Assembly (NCBI GenBank): GCA_964353775.1 | Contig: CAYGWB010000005.1 | Coordinates: forward strand, 66,690-130,689 | From: an uncultured archaeon | GTDB lineage: Archaea > Aenigmatarchaeota > Aenigmatarchaeia > Aenigmatarchaeales > JAHLMS01 | Reading direction: 5' to 3' | DNA: 64,000 nt | Shown here: positions 28,745 through 36,439 of the stretch, piece by piece | Layout of the letters: every line of letters begins with the position of its first letter | Numbering within the stretch: the stretch's first letter is position 1 | The notes under the pieces: generated by a model | Told to the model about the DNA's origin: nothing | Seen by the model: only the letters and a program-made list of their open reading frames with translations | Database searches by the model: none | Translations under genes and position numbers: made by a program

Positions 28745-29152
28745 TCATCTCTGGTGCTTTTTATCAGCTCGATACCTAAATCCATCGAGCGTATACATAC
28801 GTGCCAGCAAGCCCCTTCTAACACTACGAAGCAATATCGCCGACAGTAATGTTGAGGGATAGTTGTATCCTTTCTCCGCAAGCTTGTCTCGTACCTCACC
28901 CAAAGTACGTGGGGTATCAAAAAAATGTTCGTCTCTCAGCATCATTAATCGTCCTGTTAGAGACTCCATCTTTAACGCCAGTTTTATCTTTTTGTTTTTG
29001 TCCGGGTGTTCCGTTTCCTTTAAGCGAGCCTTTTGCTCTTCTCTGTCTTGTAGAAATTGTATGATTCGTTTGATATCATAGGGCTCACCTTCAAGTCGTA
29101 CGACCATTCCCGATTCTGTCTTGATCTCGGCCTTTACGAGCGGTACTGGCAT
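28745..29152 (-). CDS. winged-helix-module protein (island gene 1)
   Basis: 135 aa. LRDEHFFDTPRTLGEVRDKLAEKGY...LLRSVRRGLLAR module. First gene of the low-GC operon. Confidence 0.5.
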   Translation of the reverse strand: MPVPLVKAEIKTESGMVVRLEGEPYDIKRIIQFLQDREEQKARLKETEHPDKNKKIKLALKMESLTGRLMMLRDEHFFDTPRTLGEVRDKLAEKGYNYPSTLLSAILLRSVRRGLLARMYTLDGFRYRADKKHQR

Positions 29153-29309
29153 GTAGAATATACATATACGAACCTTTAAATATACAATTATTCCACCGCT
29201 AAGTATTTTTTATTATTATAGGTCGATAGTTGACGTTTGACGTTCGTATGGGAACTATTCCCAATAATCCGGAGTCCTACTTTATAAATTAAGGATTTAA
29301 ACTGCATGC

Positions 29310-29831
29310 ATGGAACGCTTGATTGTTCTGACCGGTACGCCGGGCACGGGAAAGACCGCGACCGCCCGTCTTCTCAAAAAATACGGCTGGAAAGTGCTCG
29401 AGCTCAACAAGGAGATAGTGAAGAACAGGCTTTACACGAAGCGCGACGTCCGACGCAACACCTTTATCGCCGATATGCGGGCTGTCCGGACATACGTAAA
29501 GGGCGAAACGAAGGCAGGCGACTGGATAGTCGTCTCGCATCTCAGTCATTTACTGCCAAAAACCATGGTTGACAAGGTCATAATCCTCCGCTGTCAGCCG
29601 GAGAAGCTGAAAGCCAGGCTGAAGAGGAAACGCTGGTCTGCCGAAAAGATCAATGAGAACGTTGAGGCCGAGCTCATCAGCCTGATATCGGCCGAGGCCA
29701 GGGACGTACACAAGAACGTGTACGAAATCGATACGACGGACCGGAAAGCGGCAGGAACTGCCAAAGAAATAGAAAAGGTTTTAAAGGGCGGTGGCGAAAG
29801 ATATAGGACTGCCGTCGAATGGCTGAGGTGA
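29310..29831 (+). CDS. Fap7/AK6-type adenylate kinase (ribosome biogenesis NTPase)
   Basis: P-loop GTPGTGKT at the N-terminus, about 170 aa, HLSHLL motif typical of Fap7-like kinases. Confidence 0.7.
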   Translation: MERLIVLTGTPGTGKTATARLLKKYGWKVLELNKEIVKNRLYTKRDVRRNTFIADMRAVRTYVKGETKAGDWIVVSHLSHLLPKTMVDKVIILRCQPEKLKARLKRKRWSAEKINENVEAELISLISAEARDVHKNVYEIDTTDRKAAGTAKEIEKVLKGGGERYRTAVEWLR

Positions 29832-29928
29832 AAGCCTCTTCGGGATGCCTATATTATATGCGTCCCGGCACGGCAAACGTATAATCAAGGGGTTGAATGG
29901 ATTGGTAAAGGTAAAGATTCCTGCTGCA

Positions 29929-30078
29929 ATGGGACGTATCTACGAACGCGTCTGGATCTGCATGAAATGCAACTCAAAGATGCGTACGGACAGCAAACGC
30001 GTTACGGCCGGTACGGTCAAGTGCCGACGCTGCGGATACCGCGGCCTGAGGCAGAAATCCAAGGAAAGAAAGGTATAG
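29929..30078 (+). CDS. rpl40e: ribosomal protein L40e
   Basis: 49 aa from the internal ATG. Zinc ribbon ICMKCNS...CRRCGYRGLRQK is typical of L40e. The track ORF starts earlier (29845), so the start is uncertain. Confidence 0.7.
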   Translation: MGRIYERVWICMKCNSKMRTDSKRVTAGTVKCRRCGYRGLRQKSKERKV

Positions 30079-30080
30079 TG

Positions 30081-30890
30081 ATGCTAGCTTATCTGAAGAT
30101 TCTGAGACCTTCCGTGGTTGCGCTAGCAGTGTTCGCCGTTGTGGTCGGCGCAGCGCTCTCCGGCTTCTGGACGGCCTTCCCGATCGCGATAGCCGCCATC
30201 GTCGCCGCGCTGGTCTGCGGCGGCGGCAACGTCATCAACGACATCTTCGATTATGAGATTGACAGGGTCAACAGGCCGAAAAGGCCGATACCTTCCGGTA
30301 AGGTGCCGTTGAAGGTCGCCAAGATTTACGCCGTTTTGCTGCTAATCGTCGCTGTCGTTCTTTCGGTTGCTTTCCTAAACACTATGCAGATATGCCTTGC
30401 CCTGATCAACATAGGCGTCGCCCTTGTCTACTCGTGGCGTCTGAAGGCGCTGCCGCTGATAGGCAACTTCTGCCCGAGCTGGCTCGCGGCCTCGTCTTTC
30501 TTTTTCGGAGCGCTCTTCATCGGCATCGGACCGACCATACTCCTTTTGTTCATGATGGCATTCTTCGCAAACACGGGAAGGGAGATAACGAAGGCGATAG
30601 AGGACATGCCGGGCGACAAGAAGGCAGGCTATAAGACGCTGCCGCTCGTGCTGAGCAGGAACTCTGCGGCCGGTCTGGCAATACTCTTTGTCGCGTTTGC
30701 TGTCCTTCTGAGTCCGTTGCCCTGGCTGGCCAGCTTGCTCTCTATGACCTATATCTATGTGGTTTTAGTCGCCGACCTTCTGTTTGCGTTCGCGTGCTGG
30801 ATATTGATAATGAACGCGAAGAAAGGGCAGATAATAATGAAGCTCGCGATGTTCGTCTCTATTCTGGCGTTCCTTTCCGGACTTCTCTAG
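30081..30890 (+). CDS. UbiA-family prenyltransferase, probable digeranylgeranylglyceryl phosphate (DGGGP) synthase
   Basis: Multi-TM protein with the Asp-rich motif NDIFDYEIDRVNRPKRP. Start set at ATG 30081, just after the L40e stop. Confidence 0.75.
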   Translation: MLAYLKILRPSVVALAVFAVVVGAALSGFWTAFPIAIAAIVAALVCGGGNVINDIFDYEIDRVNRPKRPIPSGKVPLKVAKIYAVLLLIVAVVLSVAFLNTMQICLALINIGVALVYSWRLKALPLIGNFCPSWLAASSFFFGALFIGIGPTILLLFMMAFFANTGREITKAIEDMPGDKKAGYKTLPLVLSRNSAAGLAILFVAFAVLLSPLPWLASLLSMTYIYVVLVADLLFAFACWILIMNAKKGQIIMKLAMFVSILAFLSGLL

Positions 30891-31603
30891 ATACAAAAAT
30901 CGGCCGCATTACGTACCGCTTTCCCGGCCGCCGGGCTCGCTATCGCCACGGCCGCCTTGCGCATCGCCGGCAGATAGTACTTGTCGTCCGCGATAACCGC
31001 GCAGTCCGAGAGGCGGAGACCGTGATGGAACAGCATCTTCTCGATGGCCGATGTGATGTTCTGGCCCGTGAATTCTACGTCACAGCCGACTACCCTTCCC
31101 TTGTTGTATTTGACCGTGTTCCCTATCCATGCGCGCACCTTGTACCTCTTGCTGTAGAGATTCGGTCCGATGTCCGTGCCAGTGGTCGTGAGGAATATCT
31201 TTTTGTGGTTGGCGATTGCCGCCTTCAGCAGTTCGTGCGTTTGCGGGATTGCCGCCGTTGCGATGTGGTCCGCGGCTATCCTGTATATCTCGGCCTTAGT
31301 GGCGCCCGATTTCGCCAGAGCGTCGAACAGCGTGCGCAGGCCCAGCTTTACACAACCGGCCTTTAGGTTGCTGTGGTTGCGGTCCCATTTCGGTCCGATT
31401 AGAGGTGCGTTCGCAAACCCCGAGAATATGATGTTCTTGTAAAATGTCAGCGCCCTGCCGGCCAACCGCTCGCGCCTCAGAAAGGTGCGGCCTATCGTGG
31501 TGCCCAGCGTGTTCCTGTGCAGCGTCCTGTCCAGGTCGGATACGACGGCAGACACGTTCTTAAGGGCGGCATGAATTTCTCGCATATACATATTTTGGCA
31601 CAT
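30887..31603 (-). CDS. HAD-superfamily hydrolase (HAD-IB-like)
   Basis: Motif I VVSDLDRTL, motif II FLTTTGT, C-terminal IADDKYYLPAM. Confidence 0.5.
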   Translation of the reverse strand: MCQNMYMREIHAALKNVSAVVSDLDRTLHRNTLGTTIGRTFLRRERLAGRALTFYKNIIFSGFANAPLIGPKWDRNHSNLKAGCVKLGLRTLFDALAKSGATKAEIYRIAADHIATAAIPQTHELLKAAIANHKKIFLTTTGTDIGPNLYSKRYKVRAWIGNTVKYNKGRVVGCDVEFTGQNITSAIEKMLFHHGLRLSDCAVIADDKYYLPAMRKAAVAIASPAAGKAVRNAADFCI

Positions 31604-31638
31604 AAAAGAATATAAATCGCTTATTCTAAATAAGATAC

Positions 31639-31926
31639 ATGTTCGACCGAATAACCAAGATAATAGCCGAAAAGGGGCTTAAGCCGGCCGATTGCACTTA
31701 CCATACGTTGCGGCCCCTTGAAAACAAAGGCAAGATACGGGCACTGGTCATCAAGGGCGATTCTACGACGCATATAGAATATATCTGCCCGAAGTGCGGC
31801 CAATACGAATACGTGACGCGACCATGGACGCCCTTGGGCAAGGGTGTCAAAGTAAGATTTTCTGTCAAATGCGCCAAGTGCGGCACTGAGATCAAGATAG
31901 AGAAGCTTAAGGGCAAGCGCAAATAA
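31639..31926 (+). CDS. zinc-ribbon protein, unknown function
   Basis: 95 aa with CPKCG...CAKCG and a basic C-terminus. Confidence 0.45.
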   Translation: MFDRITKIIAEKGLKPADCTYHTLRPLENKGKIRALVIKGDSTTHIEYICPKCGQYEYVTRPWTPLGKGVKVRFSVKCAKCGTEIKIEKLKGKRK

Positions 31927-31929
31927 GAA

Positions 31930-31936
31930 TTTAAAA
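31930..31936 (+). promoter_or_regulatory. TATA box of tRNA-Thr
   Basis: TTTAAAA lies 22-28 nt upstream of tRNA position 1 (31958). Confidence 0.55.
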
Positions 31937-31957
31937 GCCCACGCCGAATTCTCTTCT

Positions 31958-32030
31958 GCCCTGGTGGCTCAGTCGGTAGAGCGTGTCCTTGGTAAGGACA
32001 AGGTCGCGAGTTCGATTCTCGCCCAGGGCT
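31958..32030 (+). tRNA. tRNA-Thr (anticodon GGU), no intron, CCA not encoded
   Basis: Hand-folded cloverleaf. Acceptor 31958-64/32023-29 (7 bp), D stem GCUC/GAGC, anticodon stem UGUCC/GGACA, loop UUGGUAA, T stem GCGAG/CUCGC with loop UUCGAUU. Confidence 0.9.
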
Positions 32031-32035
32031 CACTT
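32014..32035 (+). repeat. attL-like copy (tRNA-Thr 3' end) of direct repeat
   Basis: GATTCTCGCCCAGGGCTCACTT. The 12-nt exact core CGCCCAGGGCTC (32020-32031) recurs at 34743-34754 with conserved flanks. Confidence 0.55.
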
Positions 32036-32133
32036 TTAGCCCTTATATTTGGACGGCATCGATACGACTAAACCGCCGAGAATGTGGCTAAAAAGAGACA
32101 AGTTTAAGTTCGAACTTTCGCAATAACTATTCC

Positions 32134-33309
32134 ATGCGAAATGCAGTTCCTTTGTTTCTGATATTATCCGTTCTGGCTATTATGCTCGTTGCTGGCTGTA
32201 CATTCACGGCACCGTCAACTGAACAACCATCGGTACAACAGGTAGTCCCGTCCTGCACACCCATTTGGGATTGTAGCATGTGGTCGCCGTGCATATCCGG
32301 CACTCAAACAAGAAATTGTCAGGACTATAACAGATGTGGCGTCACGACCAACAAGCCAAGTGTAACTCAGTCATGTTGCGAAGAAAATTGGGCATGTACA
32401 TCATACGGATCTTGCACAAGTTCAGGGGTGCAATACAGGACGTGCACGGATCTGAACTATTGTGGAACCACGGTTAACAAACCATCAGAATCCATGTCTT
32501 GTGCTATCTCACAGCCTGAACAAATATTATGGAATTCCAAAACGTATTATTATACAGAACCTTATTATGGTAATTATTGTGATAAGATAGACCAATATGA
32601 TTCGAGCGTACGCCAGGCCCTTGCTGAGGCTACAATAAATCATCCTATGAATGGAACAACGGCAGACATCTACCAGCTTTTTGACATATATGACTGGGTA
32701 AGAAAAAATATCGTATATCAGACTTCTCCATTAGCAGGGATTCCTTATTCACCATCGCAAACGTTGGCAACAAGAACCGGGGATTGCAAAAATCAGGCTG
32801 TTTTAATAGCTTCTATGGTCGAGGCGTTAGGAGCTGAAGCAAGAGTTATAGCGGATATTGAATGTAAACACGCCTATGCCATGGTTCGTTTCGGTCCAAC
32901 TGATATGAATATGACATCATACACACAAGCTATTGCTATTCACTATGGTTATAATAAAAGTATAAAATATTCTAGAAACGATGAGGGTGTTTGGGTAATA
33001 TTCGATCCGGCCGGTGGCACCTACCCTGGAGATACTCTAGAAGCATGCTATGGAAGTAAAACAGTCTATGAAATAAGAACTTGCGTGGAGTGTGCCAATT
33101 TATATCCAAATACGCCCTATACATATGTAGATCACTGCTATTCCCATTGTCCTTCCGATACAATTACAGCAAGTCAATATGCATGTGAAAATTGTCAAGA
33201 AGGCCTTCAAGCTTGTAATAATCAATGTCTTCGTTGTATTGATCCTAATCAATATCTTGCTACTGATTGCAGATGCTATGACAGATATGCTGGGACTCCG
33301 TGGGGTTAG
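32134..33309 (+). CDS. secreted Cys-rich lipoprotein with transglutaminase-like cysteine protease core
   Basis: Signal peptide plus lipobox (LVAGC). Two tandem roughly 45-aa Cys-rich repeats. TGase-like core RTGDCKNQAVLIASMVEALGAEARVI with downstream His (CKHAYAMV) and Asp (VIFDP). Confidence 0.6.
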   Translation: MRNAVPLFLILSVLAIMLVAGCTFTAPSTEQPSVQQVVPSCTPIWDCSMWSPCISGTQTRNCQDYNRCGVTTNKPSVTQSCCEENWACTSYGSCTSSGVQYRTCTDLNYCGTTVNKPSESMSCAISQPEQILWNSKTYYYTEPYYGNYCDKIDQYDSSVRQALAEATINHPMNGTTADIYQLFDIYDWVRKNIVYQTSPLAGIPYSPSQTLATRTGDCKNQAVLIASMVEALGAEARVIADIECKHAYAMVRFGPTDMNMTSYTQAIAIHYGYNKSIKYSRNDEGVWVIFDPAGGTYPGDTLEACYGSKTVYEIRTCVECANLYPNTPYTYVDHCYSHCPSDTITASQYACENCQEGLQACNNQCLRCIDPNQYLATDCRCYDRYAGTPWG

Positions 33310-33374
33310 CCCGCCACCGGTGTCACGGTATATCGAGCGGGGAGATAAAGGGAAGGATATATTAAAAGAAATAA

Positions 33375-33944
33375 TTAACTCTGAATTCTAAGCCAATCTT
33401 TAATCAGTAATTTAAAACGAAGTATCTCATCATCATTAAGTTCACAACTGTGCGCAATTACATTTCTAATTTTATTGAGAGGAGATAGGGTTTCCTCAAC
33501 TGATTTTTTACTTCTAAGGATATCAGAAAAATCCTGCCAATTCGCATTAAATATATCTATCAATTCTCCAAAATTAGTATAATCTAATGGATCACCAGAC
33601 CTTATTGACATTGCACTATCGTTTTCTTTTTTCTGAATATCTTTTACATTGTTTTTTACTCCATCCGGAACTTTAGAATCCCACCAATTTTCACCATACT
33701 TTTCGGTAAGTATATCCCTTATGAGTTGTCTTACGCTATTTTCTAAACTAAAATAAAGAACGTAAAAATCAGCCATTTTTTTGGCTCTTTTTAAAATATC
33801 ATGATTGAAAAGTTCTGTATCTACTAATTCATCTTTTTTTAAGGTTGCAGCATGGCCTATATCAATTTTATCTCTTTCTAATTTCTCCAAATCTTTTTCA
33901 AGAAGGAGATTTTTCATACCAAATAACATTAGCTTTTCATCCAT
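33375..33944 (-). CDS. HEPN-domain protein (Swt1-like)
   Basis: 189 aa, all-helical. C-terminal LNKIRNVIAHS (R-x4-H with a polar residue after R). Confidence 0.6.
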   Translation of the reverse strand: MDEKLMLFGMKNLLLEKDLEKLERDKIDIGHAATLKKDELVDTELFNHDILKRAKKMADFYVLYFSLENSVRQLIRDILTEKYGENWWDSKVPDGVKNNVKDIQKKENDSAMSIRSGDPLDYTNFGELIDIFNANWQDFSDILRSKKSVEETLSPLNKIRNVIAHSCELNDDEILRFKLLIKDWLRIQS

Positions 33945-33957
33945 GCTTTAACCACTA

Positions 33958-34569
33958 TTATTTTAGTAGATTTTCTTTTAATGACTTGAATATTGAATTG
34001 AATACTTCAATATCGGTTGTTGCTGGCAAGTTTAGGTTAATTGTATAGGAGATACCTAACTTTGTAGGAATTGCTGCTGGTGCTGATTCTCCTGAAACAA
34101 CACTCTCTTTTTGCTCTACAATAGGTGTTATTTGAGGTTCTCCTTCAAAATCTGCTAGTTTACATAGTTCCAAAAAGGTCGCTGCAACCTTGGGAAGGGT
34201 CTTATCATCTCTTGAAGTTCCAAGTACAGAAGAAAGTTTAGATATTATTTCGTCTTTTTTAAGTTTCTGAGCGTAGGTGTGCGCGATATACAATTTGGAG
34301 TATGCACTCTTAATCTGTTGTGCCATTATAACCTTGGATTTAGTATCATCTCGGTATTCTGCATAAGCTTTGGTTGGAACGTTAGCTTGATCAATAAATC
34401 CAATTCTTTTCAGTAAGGGTATCATTGGACGATAACTGCTAGATTTTAAGCCGAGCACTGCTGATAGGAAATCGTTTGTGAATTTAGGCGGAACACTAGC
34501 TTCTTTAATTTTATTAAACAGGTCTTTTAGCTGCCCGTATGAATCTACATATGGCGGATAATCTGTCAT
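33958..34569 (-). CDS. DUF5343-like protein (partner of HEPN gene)
   Basis: 203 aa. N-terminal PPKFTNDFLSAVLGLKSSSYRPMIPLLKRIGFID resembles, from memory, the DUF5343 family. 13-nt gap to the HEPN gene. TATA plus AGGTGA SD upstream. Confidence 0.45.
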   Translation of the reverse strand: MTDYPPYVDSYGQLKDLFNKIKEASVPPKFTNDFLSAVLGLKSSSYRPMIPLLKRIGFIDQANVPTKAYAEYRDDTKSKVIMAQQIKSAYSKLYIAHTYAQKLKKDEIISKLSSVLGTSRDDKTLPKVAATFLELCKLADFEGEPQITPIVEQKESVVSGESAPAAIPTKLGISYTINLNLPATTDIEVFNSIFKSLKENLLK

Positions 34570-34737
34570 TCATTCACCTATTATAGTATGATTACATAAT
34601 AATTTATATATGACGACGGGATGCTTTCTCGATGATATCGTCATCGGAAACAGATATTCGTTCTCGACCTCCACAAATTCTTCGAAATAGCCGGAGTCAT
34701 CGAAAACCGACTATTAGAGCATATAAGGGCTATGGGA

Positions 34738-34759
34738 GATTCCGCCCAGGGCTCCACTT
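34738..34759 (+). repeat. attR-like partial copy of tRNA-Thr 3' end
   Basis: GATTCCGCCCAGGGCTCCACTT. It differs from 32014-32035 only by two single-base indels and overlaps the NUDIX stop codon. Confidence 0.55.
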
Positions 34760-35150
34760 AACCTATCAGACCTTTCTTGGCGAGTTCTGGCACGACAAAC
34801 TTTTCAAGAACAGAACCGAGCTTTATCTTGCCCAAACTTTTCGAATCAATAAACTTTATCTCTTCGATCTCCGACGACGCCTTCGGACTGCCCCTCACGT
34901 CCACCATGTAGACGTCCATCTTGATTTTCATTCCCGGGTCAAGGGCCGCATCGTCTTCGAACGTTCCGAAAAACGTATGAGAGATCACGTCAACACCTAG
35001 TTCTTCCTTCAGTTCCCTTCTCAGGCAGGCCGCATGGTCTTCGCCGCTCTCGATCCGTCCGCCGGGTATTATGAACTTCTGCCCCTTCCTGCCCACCAGT
35101 ATCTTCCTGTTCTCAAGAATTATCGCTCCGATCTTGTGTATGACGTTCAA
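34758..35150 (-). CDS. NUDIX hydrolase
   Basis: Complete Nudix box GGRIESGEDHAACLRRELKEELGV. TTG start 5 nt after the stop of the upstream ATPase gene. Confidence 0.85.
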   Translation of the reverse strand: MNVIHKIGAIILENRKILVGRKGQKFIIPGGRIESGEDHAACLRRELKEELGVDVISHTFFGTFEDDAALDPGMKIKMDVYMVDVRGSPKASSEIEEIKFIDSKSLGKIKLGSVLEKFVVPELAKKGLIG

Positions 35151-35155
35151 TTACA

Positions 35156-36409
35156 TCACTTTATCGCGATTGGTGTTCCGCCGGCGTGCCAGCTCTGACG
35201 GGGCCGGACCTGAATATCGAAAATGCGCTCGCTATTATCGTCCAGAACGACAGCAGTTCCCTTGTTCTTCGGAAGATCGGAAATCATCTTGCGTATGTCC
35301 TCTAGCGCGTACGTCTGCATCACAGTCCCGAGTGCGTCCAAATCGGGCTTGGCCGTCAGCCTGTGCGCTATTACCAAATCGGCCTGCGTTATCACGGTCT
35401 CGTTCAGCTTCGCGGGCTGCTGCGTTATGAATATCGTGCTTATGCCGGGCTGTCTGCCCATCGTAACGAGCGTGATCAGGTCGTGCGTCGCCGATGTCTG
35501 ACCAACAGCGGGAACGAAGTTGTGCGCCTCGTCCATGATGAACCATGTGAGCGGTATCTTCTTTTTTATCTCACCGCCTATCAGCGCCGTCTCCTCCTCG
35601 CGACGTGCAGCGACGCGCGCTTCGTAGATCTCCCTGGCCAATATGCCGAGCATGAGATTACGTACGGACCAGTCCTGCAAGCTGACGTCCAGTACGGTAG
35701 CGATACCGGGCAGCAAGAACTCCACGATATTCGTGGCCTTCTCCGAGAATATTCCCCAGCCTTCGGCTGCCAAGAACCGGTTCACCAGCGCCATCCTTTC
35801 CTTCGATTCTATCAGCTGGTCATCTTCTATTACGCCGACTATGTCAGCTATGCTGTAGTCCTTCGCAGCTAGCTTGTGCACCGTCCTCTCGATAAGTATG
35901 CCTAGCGGTTCGAACAGGTTTATGCCGAACGTCAGGCACCAGTCGCCTGCCGTAAGTGCGGACGGCTTTATCGCGAACGTGCCGTCATAGGGTATGCCCA
36001 TCTTGTCATATTCTTTCGTGAGCCCTATCGGTACGATGTTGCGCACGTTGAAGCCTTTCGGCTTGATCCCCCATTCGGACAGAAGAAGCAGGCCGGGCTC
36101 GTTCGGGTTCTTCATGGACCAGAATATGCCCATGGTGTCTATCATTATGACTGAAAGGTTCTGCTTGATGCTTTCGGGCAGGTTCATTATCTCCTCCGCA
36201 ATCACGGCTCCTGTGTAGGACTTTCCAGAACCTCTTTTACCGACGATCAGCAGACAGTGCGGCCTTGAGAGGTCCATCAGAACAGGATTGGTCATGTGGG
36301 CCTCGAAGCCCGTGCCCACTATGTGCTTGCCTATGAAGGCGCACCCGGACTTTCCGTACTTGGCCAAGTCATCCGGTTCTCTGCCTACGACTATCTCTTC
36401 TACGGGCAT
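35156..36409 (-). CDS. HerA/FtsK-superfamily (DUF87-type) P-loop ATPase
   Basis: Walker A GKRGSGKSYT, Walker B WFIMDEAHNF, and the FITQQPAKL...DLVIAHRL segment typical of HerA-like ATPases. 417 aa with no obvious HAS barrel. Confidence 0.7.
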   Translation of the reverse strand: MPVEEIVVGREPDDLAKYGKSGCAFIGKHIVGTGFEAHMTNPVLMDLSRPHCLLIVGKRGSGKSYTGAVIAEEIMNLPESIKQNLSVIMIDTMGIFWSMKNPNEPGLLLLSEWGIKPKGFNVRNIVPIGLTKEYDKMGIPYDGTFAIKPSALTAGDWCLTFGINLFEPLGILIERTVHKLAAKDYSIADIVGVIEDDQLIESKERMALVNRFLAAEGWGIFSEKATNIVEFLLPGIATVLDVSLQDWSVRNLMLGILAREIYEARVAARREEETALIGGEIKKKIPLTWFIMDEAHNFVPAVGQTSATHDLITLVTMGRQPGISTIFITQQPAKLNETVITQADLVIAHRLTAKPDLDALGTVMQTYALEDIRKMISDLPKNKGTAVVLDDNSERIFDIQVRPRQSWHAGGTPIAIK

Positions 36410-36439
36410 GAAAGAACTTGTCAGAACGGGCTTAAATTA

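Larger units (their letters stand above)
26062..29290. other. low-GC genomic island (probable horizontally acquired cassette)
   Basis: G+C is 16/60 at nt 26281-26340 versus 37/60 at nt 25921-25980. Six coupled minus-strand ORFs, none with a housekeeping signature. Confidence 0.55.
32031..34759. mobile_element. putative integrated-element remnant downstream of tRNA-Thr (no integrase retained)
   Basis: Bounded by the imperfect direct repeat of the tRNA 3' end. Low GC (14/60 at 32521-32580 and at 33781-33840). Three accessory genes. Confidence 0.5.

Noticed and set aside
29967-30080. The long form of the UbiA-family ORF (starting at 29967) overlapping L40e.
   Set aside because: The upstream 38 codons lie in another frame of the L40e gene and are hydrophilic and Arg-rich. 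The TM protein begins naturally at ATG 30081, right after the L40e stop.
31698-32033. A 111-aa minus-strand ORF covering the tRNA-Thr gene.
   Set aside because: It overlaps a perfectly folding tRNA and the zinc-ribbon gene on the opposite strand, so it is spurious.
32230-32520. Resemblance of the Cys-rich repeats (WSPC...GTQTRNC) to eukaryotic thrombospondin type-1 repeats.
   Set aside because: Only a short W-S-x-C / Q-x-R-x-C similarity is present, and the Cys spacing and length differ. I treat it as superficial until a profile search says otherwise.
34612-34735. A higher-GC patch between the DUF5343-like gene and the att-like repeat, considered as a possible integrase gene remnant.
   Set aside because: The minus-strand frame (SVFDDSGYFEEFVEVENEYLFPM...) is bounded by a stop immediately upstream and has no recognisable recombinase motif. 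It is too short to call.
34632-35000. A 122-aa plus-strand ORF spanning the att-like repeat and the NUDIX gene.
   Set aside because: It is antisense to a gene with a perfect Nudix box, and the translation is Arg-rich with no motifs.
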